64,000 nt of DNA from Ophelia neglecta. Lineage: Eukaryota. The stretch covers positions 10,416,001 through 10,480,000 of the forward strand of contig OZ260667.1 of NCBI GenBank assembly GCA_965285935.1. The letters run 5' to 3'. The notes under the pieces were generated by a model. It was not told where the DNA came from. It ran no database searches and was given only the letters and a program-made list of their open reading frames with translations. Position numbers and translations under genes: made by a program. Below are positions 10,801-23,855 of this stretch, one piece after another. The number at the start of each line of letters is the position of its first letter. Within the stretch, counting starts at the first letter, position 1.

Positions 10801-13599
10801 TGATCGCCAGCCACGAAGCGCCTGGAAGTGACATGAAATGATCAACTGTTGGCCGAATACTGCCTTTATCAGGCCAACGGAGATAATAGTACTGAATTTG
10901 TATGCACTTAAAATGCCGCGTGCGCTCCCTCGCCTGGTATGGCATGCATGGCCTTATATAGCTGCGCTTCAACACCGTGTAAAAGTTTACTAGTAAACAA
11001 TAAAGGGAATAACTGGAAGATGAATTGGAAACCCCCTACATTGTCGTATTTGGCACAAAGTAGTATAAATGTAGTAAGATGAAAATTGTAATATTGAATT
11101 TAATGATCAAAAATATCTCGTCCATGAGCCGCGATGTCTATGTAAATGACCACCGTTTGACAATAGAATTCGAAGCGGTTCCAGAATGATTGCCATCTGG
11201 GAAAAATAGGAATATTGCAAGGCTGTCCTTTCATATTGAAACTGGTCATTTGCCTAAAAAAGATTGTTTCATATGTTAATTATCTCCGTTTTGAAAACTA
11301 GACAAGTGTTTCCCGGCTCAGTGGTGAGACTCGCACTTTACCGTTATACTGCATGCGCCATGCACCTGTGTTTCTTCGTGTCCGGAATGAAGAAATTTGG
11401 AAGAGCGGTGACTGCACCTTTTTGCGATTCTTAATGACAAAAGGACAATGATTTATGTGTTCTGAAATTCCTCCCTTGCGAGGGTTCTGTGGTCCCGCCC
11501 TTCTCGGTAGCGGCTGTGAACGATCTTTCTCTAAATTCATTCCGCTACTGTTAGGCATATGCAATTAACTATTTCCTATACCGACTATGTACAGTTCTGT
11601 TGTCATATTGCAAATAATGGCCCGAGCGGAATGCCATGATGAGTAAATAGATTTTCACAAAATCAATGCTTTTTCAAAATAATTCTCCACGGTGAATGCC
11701 CGGGAAAGGAACTTACCTCTCGCAGCTCTTTCTTTAACAGTGCAAATAAAGGGAAAGTCTTTGACCTACATGGATATATGCATGCCAATACCGTTAGCAC
11801 TACTATAGCAGAGTAGTGCGTACATTTCAGGAGCAAATTTGTTCATAGTAGTATCATAACCATTAAACAAAGCAGTTACCTTGAATGTTAGTAGTTTCAG
11901 GGTGCCACCTCACATGGCAAGCGAGCAGACTACTATGAATAGTATGATGCTCCTCATTCCAAAGACAATTTTTTTAATTTTTTGGCTGTGTTTAATCTTA
12001 AATAATAAAAAGCCGACAGGTTATTTCAGACATACTTTTAATACAATACAACACAGGCAGGTTAGCGATATTTATTTCTTATGTATCGATCTAAATGGAA
12101 TATCAAAACATTTCCCGGACAATACTAATGTTCCTCGGGTCCGTTAACACCTTATGTAGCGTCCTATTGTGCCACATGGCCGAGTCTATAGGTACAAATG
12201 TCAACAGTAATGAGAAACGCTGGAATGAAAATGCTGGTTGGAATGGTTTCATATTTCATTGCCGGGTACCGGCGTCGAACAACGCACCCCAACTTGCGGA
12301 TTTTGTGTTATTACTAAACCCATTTGTCAGTAGGATTGCATTCATGTGTAAAGTTTTTTGCGAAAGTGTCTGGCATATGAATATTATATCGTTTTTAGAA
12401 TGAGTAGGAGGCAGAGCATTCATGTCCGGAGCTGGTTTGTCATTGGACTGATCAATGTTGGCCGCAGGGACCTTTGGAGCCTTTAGATTTAACCATATTT
12501 TGACACATTTATTATTGGCGGATTTGTTAAATGTTGTTATGACTTAAGGGAGTATTACCCCAGGCTTTCATTAAATAGGGGTAACAATTTGGAACAGTTC
12601 ATACGTGTATAGTTGACTTTCTAAAGGTGGATTTAATACACGAAGGTCTTTATTGAAATTAATTTTTTGAAAAATGGTTCTTAAGCTTTTTGCCGTTTTT
12701 AACAACGAAGGGACAACATGTATGTGTTCTGAAAACTCCCCAGTTGCCGTTGGGTCCCGGCGTTCTCAAAAATCGCACCCTTATAGGCACCCTGATCAGG
12801 GTTATGATCCCAAATTGGGCAGATTATCCTCCCTATTTGAGTCAAAGTTTTAAAAAACTTCAACTGTCGAATTGTGTTTATAATTGACACGAGACAGTTA
12901 GATGATGCCACAATTAGACATGGGAAGAAAGAAAAAATGTGTCACACGGCTATTTACTAGTAACTAACGTTAGTAACAAATGTTGTAACGATAAGATAAA
13001 TGAGGCGAGAGTCTGCTAATTTATGGTACTTTTGGCTATCACTTGATTATTCTAAGACAGGTTTTTAGATGGTGACCCTTTGTTTTTCTTCTGGCTAATG
13101 AATTGTTTCCTCATCTATCTGTCTCATACCAAATTTGAAAACAACTCGACCGTGGAAAAATGTCTCCCTCAAGATTGCCACCTAAGTATCAACAACTATG
13201 AATTGTTGCCACTATATTATGAAAGCATGGTGGACTACTCCATTAAGCATAACACTTGCACATCTTCAATGGCGCAGGGAATATTCGCTGTTTTACCAAC
13301 AACTGCACATCCGCCAGCTTTTGCTGGCTTGGAACATTAAACGATTTACGGTATGCGTCAATGTGCGTTTGGGGTGGAATCGGAAATAAATTGCCTCTCA
13401 CGCTTCATTAGGGACTATTTCAGTGGATAAAATCTTATTTTCAGTAGTTGTTATATCAAGAGATGCTGCCCTCTAAAAATCTATAGTCCGTCATAGCTCC
13501 CGCCCATCCTGCTTAGGCCTACTACACAGTACAGGTCACATGGCTTGAACCCGTGACTTCATATCTAGGTCGGGTCACATGACCTACTTGTCCGTGACA

Positions 13600-13820
13600 T
13601 CACACATATAACGTGTTTGTGTCTCCTCCCCGGAAGTCTGTGAAAAGCGACAGATAGGGACAGAACACAGAGAGTGCCGTACCCATAATTCCTAGCATGT
13701 AGGCCCAGCCCACGCTACAACTTCCGGTCCAGTATATCCGGGAGTCTGGACAGTAGTGTTGGACGAATCTGGAATCGAGGCCGAACGGGAAGACGAGCAC
13801 CCCGGATACGAGAGTCACCA
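13600..13820 (-). CDS. LHFPL-family tetraspan protein, paralog 1, last coding exon
   Basis: Acceptor ctattttcag| at 13821 is phase-compatible with the donor at 23254. Encodes VTLVSGVLVFPFGLDS...C...Y..G.CSVGWAYMLGIMG, the LHFPL TM3/loop/TM4 signature. Confidence 0.92.
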
Positions 13821-13912
13821 CTGAAAATAGCAAAAATCAGTATTAAGGAAGCTTTGTAACGAACCGCTTCAAGTATATGAGTCCTAATCAAAATTACTAA
13901 AAATTCTTTTAA

Positions 13913-14254
13913 GGTTAATGACGGGTATTTTCGCGCACCGTTTAATTCCGCGCAGTAAGTAGCACCTTTAACGATGCGGAAAAGTGCTTGCCTTAAAACT
14001 ATGCGCGGAATAAGCCTAATTCCTGAGTGGAATTAGCTGACTTTCTGCGTGGAATTAAACTACAGTGAAACCTGTCTTATCAGGTCAGTCAAGGGACTGG
14101 AAAAAACTTACCACATTATGCAGGTGACCTTAATAGGCAGGTCCCTTAACACAGGCATAACTGAAGTTTGGGGGTATTATTTTGTGCCCTTAGTGGGCAG
14201 GTGACCTTATTACACAGGTTTCACTGTATGTGCAAAAATTACCCGGCTTTAACC
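13913..14254. mobile_element. Palindromic MITE family B (ttaattccgcgcagtaagt), interrupted by a family A-type MITE
   Basis: Matches dispersed copies or fragments near 25.6, 31.5, 33.5, 40.3, 41.5, 42.0, 46.4, 52.3, 60.6 and 61.2 kb. Confidence 0.75.
14063..14226. mobile_element. MITE, family A-related subfamily
   Basis: TIRs cagtgaaacctgt / acaggtttcactg with TA on both sides; interior differs from the other A copies. Confidence 0.85.
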
Positions 14255-14458
14255 TAAACTTTAGCCTTACTCCGCGCACTTTGTGCGCTGAATCAGTCTA
14301 ACGAGCCAAACCAAACGATGCGGAAAAGTGTTTGCCTTTTCACTGTGCGAGGAACACAAAGCGTTGGTGTAGTGCGAAATGAACTTTGGATGAGCGTACC
14401 GTATATAAAAACTGATCCATAAAATTGAGGGTTTGCAAACATACGCGATTTATAGCTA

Positions 14459-14637
14459 CAGTGAAACCTGCCTTAAAGACTACCTCTATATTCAGACCAC
14501 CTGCCTGTTCAGACCACTCTTATGAAGACCATAGTACACTCTTTCAATGTAAAAATAACCTGTGTAAACAGACCACCTCTATAATCAGACCAGTATTTGC
14601 CGCTCACTTGGGTGGTCTTTATTCAAAGGTTTCACTG
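14459..14637 (+). mobile_element. MITE family A, full length
   Basis: TA-cagtgaaacctg ... aggtttcactg-TA, with internal agaccacct repeats. Confidence 0.9.
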
Positions 14638-14694
14638 TATATGGATTTGGTTAGGTGTAGGGGTAGGGTGTAAGGATGTTGGGAGACTCCTATC

Positions 14695-14999
14695 CGTAAC
14701 CCTGTCACAACGCTTACTGTTTTCGTATCGTTGTATCTCGTAACCCTGTCACAACCCTTACTGTTTTCGTATCGTTGTATCTCGTAACCCTGTCACAACC
14801 CTTACTGTTTTCGTATCGTTGTATCTCGTAACCCTGTCACAACCCTTACTGTTTTCGTATCGTTGTATCTCGTAACCCTGTCACAACCCTTACTGTTTTC
14901 GTATCGTTGTATCTCGTAACCCTGTCACAACCCTTACTGTTTTAGTATCGTTGTATCTCGTAACCCTGTCACAACCCTTACTATTTTCGTATCGTATCT
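14695..14999 (+). repeat. 44-bp minisatellite, about 7 copies
   Basis: Unit cgtaaccctgtcacaacccttactgttttcgtatcgttgtatct, near-identical copies. Confidence 0.95.
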
Positions 15000-17900
15000 C
15001 CTATTTCCCACGTATCTCTTACAACGGTTTCACACTATGTCCAGTGAATTTATGTTAAATGGCGAAGAGGAGGCCATTTTGACCACATAAATAACAAAAC
15101 TTGTTTTACTATTATACATAAACGTAAAGTGTATATTGTTATGGCTGCTTTATTGAGTATAGGATCTAAGCTAAAACACTAATGATAATAACATGATAAT
15201 AACATCATAATAACATCATAATAACATCTTGTGTTAGTGCCGCCTTTAAACGGAGTTCTGGACCGAAACCGCAAACTTTTCTTAAGGTGTAAGTTCCAGT
15301 GATTTCTTAGAATTGCTAAAATCTTAATGACAGTTCATTAATAAATAAAGTCATATTTTATTTGAGTTCTGCATAGCTCTTTTTGATGTTATTGTTTTGT
15401 CGATATATAAACAACATTATTAAAAAACGACAGTAGCCAGTCTGGTGATTTCGGACATGTTTATCAATATATAGACCCTTTGTTAATTTTATTAGAAATA
15501 ATTTAGAATACTAGAAAATGTATTCGCTTTTTTTCGTTTACCCCTATGACAATCAGATAAAAGTAATTTCATTTGGACCGAATGACAGTCATATATAGGC
15601 TAGTGATGCCGAGACCAGACTTTTGTGGGAAGCTAGCTTTCCATCCATCAGTTGTCAGCCGGAGACACCCTGACACCCATCACAATGTTAATATTCCTAC
15701 ATGCCCAAATCACTTGTTTGGGCGGCTCGCTGCCCTAAAACAATAATTACCAACCACCTATTAAGGGAGTTGAGAAATGCCTGGCAGATGGCAGCCTAAT
15801 TCTGCAGTTATTAAAACAATACGGAGCACGTGTCGAGCGAGCACAGAGGGGGGCTCAGTCGCACAAAACGACACAACTCATTCACATGCAAAATTATTCT
15901 TTTGTGACCATGACAAAGGTTGATGGGGAAATCTCCATGCATGAAATCGGAGCGAGCTCCCAGGAGAGGGGGATTCCATAAAGGGACTTACTCGTGGCAT
16001 TGCCAACACTGCTCTTTTGCATAGAAATGTGTTTGGCTCCATTGTCTCGTGTGGAAGAATTTTAATACTGAATTCCATCATATTTGGCGTGAGCAGCTGA
16101 ACATTGGAACTGCGTCACCGGGCGAGTTTAACAGGCCTCCAGAGCCGACTGCAGGTGGCGGTTTGTCAAACAAAGTTCCATTGTTGGGGCTTAATTCCTG
16201 CCAAGCAGAGATTGTCTTAATTCGGCAGACTCAAAATGCAATACATATTTCAGACAAAAGCCAATGGCTGCAAATAGGGCTGCAAAATTAATTGTTTGTT
16301 AGAGAATAAAAGGCGGTCTACCCTTTTAAACCAGTTTTTCTGGTTCTCAATAATAAATCCATTTATCAATATGACTCCATTCATGTATACGCTTTACTTG
16401 TGTTAGTGTCCACTTGTGTCATTTGTGCGCTTTTCAGTGGTTATTTATCCGGTGGACGATGTTTCAGGGGACTAATTGCCCTTTGCATCATATAAATGGC
16501 CCTCCGACGGCAGAAAGTGGGTATATTTGAATGGTTAAAGTGATTAGCCTTGAACGGGACGGAAACTGGGCCACAATGTTAATCTCACGTCGCCTATAAC
16601 CATGAATAGGAGTCCCTGAAGCTTCCGGAGTCGATGGGTCTCGATAGCAATCACATCAGTTTGTCTGCTATACGGCTCATATAGGCTAATATACAAGTGA
16701 TCCATGACAGAGGGCAGGGCACTGAAGACCGGAGCCAGGCGGTGGGGTGGGGGTTGGGGGTGGGGGGCGGGATGGTGGGGGGAGGTGGGGCGGTGATCTA
16801 TGTCAGCAGGCACGACAGGGGGGGGGGGGGGTGAAAGCAGGTGAAAGCAGGACCGGAGCCAGTGGGTGGAGTCCATGAAAGCAGGCACGGTAAGGGTAAG
16901 ACCGGAGACTCTTTCCCCCTTTCTCTCCCTGACCTCCCGCCTCCCCCCTCGTCCTAGCCCAATATCTCCTCGCTCACTCCCATCTCCCCAAATCCCTCCC
17001 CGCTCCAGACCCCGCCCGTCCACGCTGACCGCCTCATCTCCTCCCCCCCCCTTCCTTCCCTTCCCTCCCGCCTCCCTCTTCGTCCTGGCTCCTCATCTCC
17101 GCGCTGACTCCCATCTACCCTGACCCCGCTCCAGACCCCGCCCGTGCGCGCTGACCGCCCCTGGTTAGGCCCCGCCCATGCTCCGTTAGACTGACGTCTT
17201 TGATCTCCTGATGATGCCATCAATCCGCCATATTAGTCAAGGCATTCCAATTTACCAGCGTCTCCCAAATCTGACCTTCACTTGACATATCACCAATAAT
17301 ACCTCAAATAAACCAATGATGGAGCTCTCGCTCTATTCCAGGCGCTGTGATATACCTCTCCACTGAAACACGCCGGGTCCTTTGATGTCGAGAGGGGGGG
17401 GGGGGGGGGTCATTGACCCTAAACCTAAACGGCGGTCTGCGCTTGACGTCTCAAACTCTACTCTTAATAAGTGAAAATTTAAAAGGCACACATTTTCCAT
17501 GTCAAAAATACTAGCATAAATACTGGTGGTATGGATTGTTTTGGACTTTTTTATCACTAGGGGCACTGCAAGCCATATCCTTAATACTGATTAAGAAACC
17601 TTTAGCAATTTCCGTAGCGGGGCAAATATCAAAATGTCCGAATATCCAGTCATTTCAGAAAAAACGGACCCTTCTGTAGGGACTTTCTGTGAAAACAGAA
17701 TCTGGGAAATATTTCCCCTAAAACAACCATATCTGGAGTCATATACCTCGCAGTATGGAAACGTACACTGTACGAGCAATAACGAAAAGTAACTGGTTAA
17801 CCCTTGAAAACAATTACCTGTTCAGGTAATTTGTAGTCACGTGACTGGGTTATTGCTGGGTTATAGCTCAACATGACCCAAACCTTAACGGGGGTCTGCC

Positions 17901-20900
17901 ACAAGAGGTCTTAAAACCCTACACTTAATATGTGAAGATTTTACGGCCATGTTATTTCCCGAATTAGCACTGCCGCCATAAATCCTGGGGGTAAAGGGTG
18001 TATTAGACTCATACTACTATAGGGACCATTGTCTAGGGGAATTTCTGTGTAAACAGACTCTTATTTAAGGACAATTTTAGATTCTCGCTAATTTGACGTA
18101 ATGCTTATGAATCGTAGATCCTTGGGTTGCTGGGTTGTACATGTATCATCAACCCTGGACATCTTACGGGAGGATGTGGTATGGATTTCATCCCCCAAAG
18201 ACCCTCTGACCCCCCCCCCCCCTCCCCTCCCTGGATCGGCCTGTGAAAGATGTCATACATTTTCTATATCCCTCCCTGCTGTCTGTCTGGACCACAGCTT
18301 ATAATAATGTCAAAACCACGCGGGAGCCCAGCCAGAATATGGCAAACGATATATTATTAAAATCTTAGAATGATGTGATTACGAACTGTTCTGTTCAGCG
18401 GTTTTAGTGTATATTAACTTAAACAAAGGCATGAAAGTATGGCCCTATATTTCTGCGGTAGCCCCATTCCACCAAAATTTCCTGAGCTGTTAGCTCAGAT
18501 TTAGGTTTTGACAATTAATACTCGGTCCCGGCCTCTTTGGTACCAGTCTGGTCCCCGAGGTCGGCACTAAACGCGAAGATTCTCACATAAAAAGGCCTGC
18601 CAATCCCCAGCATTCACCGGGGAAACATTGGAATTCAATCCATTCCATGCTCTCCATCATCTGATTTATCCCCCCTTATTTTCGGCAAATCCCGATTATT
18701 CAGTTTCCGAGGCACTTTTTTCGGAACTTGTTTGTCTTTTTTTTTTGATCTATATAGGCATTAGCAATGGGATTCCAGCTTCTTGACCATGTGCTGTCAG
18801 GCAAAACTTCAATTTAACCACCTGCGTCTTAGAAAAAAAGCAAATCCCCCAGCAATGCCATGGCCAGAACTTAGCAACCCTACACTGGGTTCCCACAGGT
18901 ACCCAAAGAATGCGTGTATCGTTAGGCCGTGAACGGGGAAACATTCTGGCGTTCGGGGAGACCTACTCTGCCCTCAGAAATATCTCAGCACCGAAATGAA
19001 TCACTACGCCACCAGTGGGTTTAGGAGTTATCAAAAAGTTCAACTTTCACCTGCTCTGACTCACTTCGCGAATAACTGTCGACTAATTCTCATCGCAAGT
19101 GACATCAACATTATTATTATTATTTACTATAATGAATATATTAACCAGCTTATTTACAGTTAAGGGAGAAATAATAATATATATTTGTTGACCTGCAGCT
19201 GACGATTCCTGAGGAACTCTGGTCGAATTAATAATTCATGGTTTATAATTTTGCGTTGTTGGTCAGGAGTACAATCTGTATATTGTATGGACGGTGAGAT
19301 GTTCGTTTTCTCCCAGAGGGGGTTCTGGGGCTGGGTAGCTAAGTTTCATAGCTCTAGGTCCATTTCTAATGTCATAATGGTTGGCTATATAACACTTGGG
19401 ACCATAGAGCTATGGAGGGAGCCATCTAGTCGCTGCGGTTAAAGCCGAACTTTTTCCACCGACCGAAAAGGCGCCATTTGCTGGCTCTATAGAGGAGTCA
19501 CATGCTTACTTGAACCTGGAACAACCAAACCGAGTTTTGTGGTTCCACCTTGAACAAATAAACAATCGATTCATCATGGTCGATTAAGTGTAATAAATTC
19601 ATAGGCCTATCTGTATGTAAATAAACGTGTTTCACAGACTATGTCAAATATGGCGGCACGCGTTTCAGATCTGGTCTTTGCTACAGTCCATTTCCGTGAC
19701 GTCATACTCTCTCTCTCCTGCCCCCGTGCCCCACACTCGCAAAAAAATTAAATAAAAGGTCCTGACCCTCTTGCCACCCTCTCTAAATCAGCATGCATGT
19801 GAGAAACAGTGGTGGTCTCTTCTATAGAGCAGGTTCTCTTTTAGAGCACAAACTTGTTGCCATATGTGCATTTGATATAGATTGCCCCATGGAATGTACA
19901 CGTGTTTTCATTCACCCCCATAAAGCCTGATAAAGAGATATACTGAGATGTAATATCGCCCTAATCTCGAATCACATCACGTTTGATCCCATTTTTTGTC
20001 AACCCCTGGTAGACAGATCGATAAGAACGGCTCGGGTTTGGCACACTGGATGTCTGTGTTCGTTTCGTTTTAGTGTCCAATGGAGGGGACATAGATAGCA
20101 GAAGGCGACGTGAAGTCTTGGGTCTACTGCCGGCTGTCATTGATGTGCTGAACCCGAGCTCTCTGGCGCATACCGCTGATTTGGCTTCAAAGTGGCCTCA
20201 TGTCTCCTGGGAGAGGAAGGCCAGGGGAGGATCCATTGTGGCATTAAGGGAGGAGATGATTCCGGGCAGTGGCGAACTTACCCCCGAAGAGAGGGGGGGG
20301 GGGGGTTCCTTGACCCCCGGGGATATCAATCCGGTCCTGTGCCGCCGCTAGTCCAGTCGTTAGTCGAGTACGGAGTCAAGTGTTGGGGTTAGGGGGGAGG
20401 GAGTGGTAAAATCTTGCTTCTTCCACTGCCGGTGAGCGGTATATAGTATACCAGGGATAAGAGGAATAATGGAAACTACCCTCCCCCCTTCACCTCCACC
20501 CCTCCCCCGTCCCGTCTAAGCTATCCCTCCCCCGTGTGTATGATAGGTACCGCTGGGGTCAGAGGAAGAAGAGGACTAATAGATCTGTCACCAGGAATCA
20601 GCAGACAGTTTAGTTAAGATGGCTTTGATTTGACAGCAGTCAATATTCCTAAGGCGATCATAAGCCGCAGGGAAATAAGTCAACTCCATCTCCTGATGCA
20701 TCCAAATAAGACCTCATTAATATACTAACGGGCGTGGATAGGCGGCAGACACGGCAGCATCGTCAAGGCAGAAAGCTTCTGTACCCCCACCCCCCTCCAA
20801 CCGGCACATGGTGATGAATTTCCCTATTGAAAATTTGGGAAATCCCCAATCACCAGGGCATATATTTAGTGAAAATCTCATCTGCTCCAGAAATTTCTAC

Positions 20901-21682
20901 AAACATTAACACTTTAAGGCTGACGCACTTCAACCCTTCCTATAACAATGTGCTGAATTTTCTGCGGGAAAACCCAGCCAGAATGTCCCGATGATCCCAG
21001 GAGGAAATTCACGTATCTGTCCCTTAACGCCTATAGGCTATATATAGTGCTTTGGTAATCGTTTGAAAAGCCGGGGGACCTGGGCCCCCAAACAGAAGGA
21101 ACCCCTGGTATTCCCCAGACCATTACCCATGAAAATCCTCATACTCCTCTAAAGCCCGGGGATGGGGTGGGGGTAGGGAAATCATCAGGAACTGTCAGCT
21201 GCGGGCCAGTTATATTTCAGAAGATACGGTCGGAACCAAAGGTTACGGCACTGGTTGATTAAATGTACATTTTTCGGCATAAACAGCCTGGTTGATTCCA
21301 CCACAGGTCAAGCGTACGATAATATCTTGAAAAGAATGTATAGATCCATATTTTTGTTTAATATCTGTTCATTGGATCTTCAGGTACTATTTTCGAGAAT
21401 AAAAATGTTTGTAAATTTCAAGCAGCTTTGGGAAAAGGAATGATAAAATAAATGGCCGAAAATCCATATTTTAAAGATATGTCACCAATTTGACCACAAA
21501 ATTGGCATACAACTTATATAACATATTCCAAACTAAGTGATCTATATGAGCCAAGCATCATCATAGTTTAAACTATGTAGAAGAAGTTTGAAAAAAACAG
21601 ACATATGCGTATGTGCAAAAAGGCCTCACCCTACTGTTACGACCAAGGCCAGTGTGTTTGTCATTTGAGTGGTGTAATGGGC

Positions 21683-22540
21683 TTAGATGGTAACCCTTGT
21701 GGGTGTGGTATTGGCTTTGAAGGTCACCCATTTGGGTATGGTATTGGCTTCGAATGTCACCCTTGTGGGTGGTGTGTTGGTTTTGTAGGTCACCCTTGTG
21801 GGTTTAGTGTAGGCTCTGAAGGTCATCCTTGTGGGTGTGGTATTGGCTTTGAAGGTTACCCTTTTGGGTGTGGTGTAGGCTAAGAAGGTCACTGTTGTGG
21901 GTGTGGTGTAGGCTTAGAAGGTCACTGTTGTGGGTGTGGTGTAGGCTTAGAAGGTCACTGTTGTGGGTGTGGTATTGGCTTTAAAGGTCACTCCTGTGGT
22001 TGTGGTGTTGGCTTGGCTTTGAAGGTCGCCCTTGTGGGAGTGGTGTTGGTTATGAAGGTCACCCTTGTGGGTGTGGTGTAGACTTAGAAGGTCGCCCTTG
22101 TGGGTGGTGTGTTGGTTTTGAAGGTCACCCTTGTGGGATGTTTTGAAGGCTGTGAAGGTCTCCCTTATGGGTGTGGTGTTGGTTATGAAGGTCTCCCTTA
22201 TGGGTGTGGTGTTGGTTATGAAGGTGTCCCTTATGGGTGTGGTGTTGGTTATGAAGGTCTCCCTTATAGGTGTGGTGTTGGTTATGAAGGTCTCCCTTAT
22301 GGGTGTGGTGTTGGTTATGAAGGTCTCCCTTATGGGTGTGGTGTTGGTTATGAAGGTCTCCCTTATGGGTGTGGTGTTGGTTATGAAGGTCTCCCTTATG
22401 GGTGTGGTGTTGACTTAGAAGGTCGCCCTTGTGGGTGTGGTGTTGGTTATGAAGGTCTACCTTGTGGGTGTGGTGTTGACTTAGAAGGTCACCCTTGTGG
22501 GATGTTTTGTAGGCTGTGAAGGTCACCCTTACTGGTGTGA
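21683..22540 (+). repeat. 33-bp minisatellite, about 26 copies, inside the LHFPL paralog 1 intron
   Basis: Unit gaaggtctcccttatgggtgtggtgttggttat; homogeneous core at about 22155-22410 with diverged edges. Confidence 0.95.
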
Positions 22541-22932
22541 TATAACACAAGGTACGGGAGTTGATCCTTTTCTTATTGATGACTTTGTATATTACACTTG
22601 TGCGTCTTATATAAAGACTTTATATCTTATACAATACTTCGTAAAAATATCTGTTGATTCTTATATAAAAGCCCTGTAAACATTAACAGGAGTGGTGGTG
22701 GGGTGGGGTGTTGGGGTGTTGGGGGTTTCGTATGTTTGTCAAACAGCGAGGGTGCTGCTAGGTAGGGTCGTTGTTGTAGGTAATTTTCCATAAACAAGGA
22801 GTCGGTTTTTTTACCAAATGTCCCTAACGAAAGGTTCGTTTTTTAACTAACCATCCTTTTAAAGTTGTATCCGTCATTTTCAGTATAATAATGCATGAAG
22901 AAACAACATGTGTTATCTCTTGCACATAAATA

Positions 22933-23095
22933 TGTAACAACCGGTGGTCTCAGCGGGGTTTGAACTCACTACCCTTGGTTCTCCAGCCAACAACTCTACC
23001 AAGTTTGCCAAAGGGTTAACCCCTCTAGCCAAGCTAGCAGGAGTGTGGTGTATCATGGTTGAATGACCATGATCTGCTCAAATATCCCTGTTACA
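22933..23095 (-). mobile_element. Solo LTR containing a tRNA-like segment (Helenus-like non-autonomous LTR element)
   Basis: Ends TGTAACA...TGTTACA with a 4-bp TSD AATA (22929-22932 / 23096-23099). Minus-strand A box tggcaaacttggtag and B box gagttcaaacc. Confidence 0.7.
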
Positions 23096-23254
23096 AATAT
23101 ACTTTCTACACTAGGCTTGTGACGTTTTTTCTTAAGACACTAACTTACCATTGTCTATATGTTTAAAAAGTGGATATTATTTAAGGGACAGATCTTGATT
23201 CTCGGCTGGTCTTTGCCTGCCGGGTATCCACTGTTATAACATATACACACTTAC

Positions 23255-23855
23255 CTGCCATTGTCTGTATGTAGCCAGTGTAGGTGGCTAGCCTTCCCGA
23301 CCACGTCGAAGACGATATACACACGGAGAGCAGCGCGGTAAACACCCCCAAGCAGAGCATCACGCAGCCACCGCCGTACAGCACACACGCGATCTGCCAG
23401 GCGTTGGACGGCTGGTTGGACAGGTTGAAGCTCCCGCCGTAAATCCTGCAGAGCACCTGCTCCGTGCCTATACTCCTGGTCCTAAGGTCCCTCAGACAGA
23501 AACTGTACAGACCAAGTGAACTGTTCGTCTCCGTGTTCACCAGCCAGAACGGCTGAAGGAAGCTGAAACCGCACGTGATTGTCACCATCAAGGTCAAGGT
23601 CGTCCAAAGAATGCGCACGTGCAGCGACAACCGACACACCTGACGCTTCACGCGGCTATATTGGTATCCGTCAGTCCGCGCCTCGCGTTCTTTGTCACGT
23701 GTCCTATCGAGATACGAACTTTCGTGGGAGGAGCTTCGCGTCTTCCGCCAATTAGATTCCGTCGTCCTCGTCAGTGACGTAAAGAAAATTTGTTCATCCG
23801 AGCACTCCAGAGGGCAGGGCTCCAGACGAACAAAATTGCCTCTCTCTTCACACAT
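23255..23855 (-). CDS. LHFPL-family tetraspan protein, paralog 1, first coding exon (spliced product 273 aa)
   Basis: LW..L.....FSFLQPFW, SLGLYSFC and CRIYGG.F..S..PSNAWQ motifs. Donor GCAG|gtaagt at 23254. ATG preceded by an in-frame TGA and a strong acceptor ctttttttactccag| at 23926. Orthology within the family not determined. Confidence 0.92.

Noticed and set aside
14695-14999. CRISPR-like periodicity
   Set aside because: No unique spacers, no cas genes, and eukaryotic DNA; it is a minisatellite. The same applies to the other arrays.
16544-17223. Overlapping Pro/Gly/Arg-rich ORFs
   Set aside because: Products of G/C low-complexity sequence within an intron; no domain recognised.
22945-23020. 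Functional tRNA gene
   Set aside because: Degenerate boxes and stems, embedded in an LTR-like unit with a TSD.
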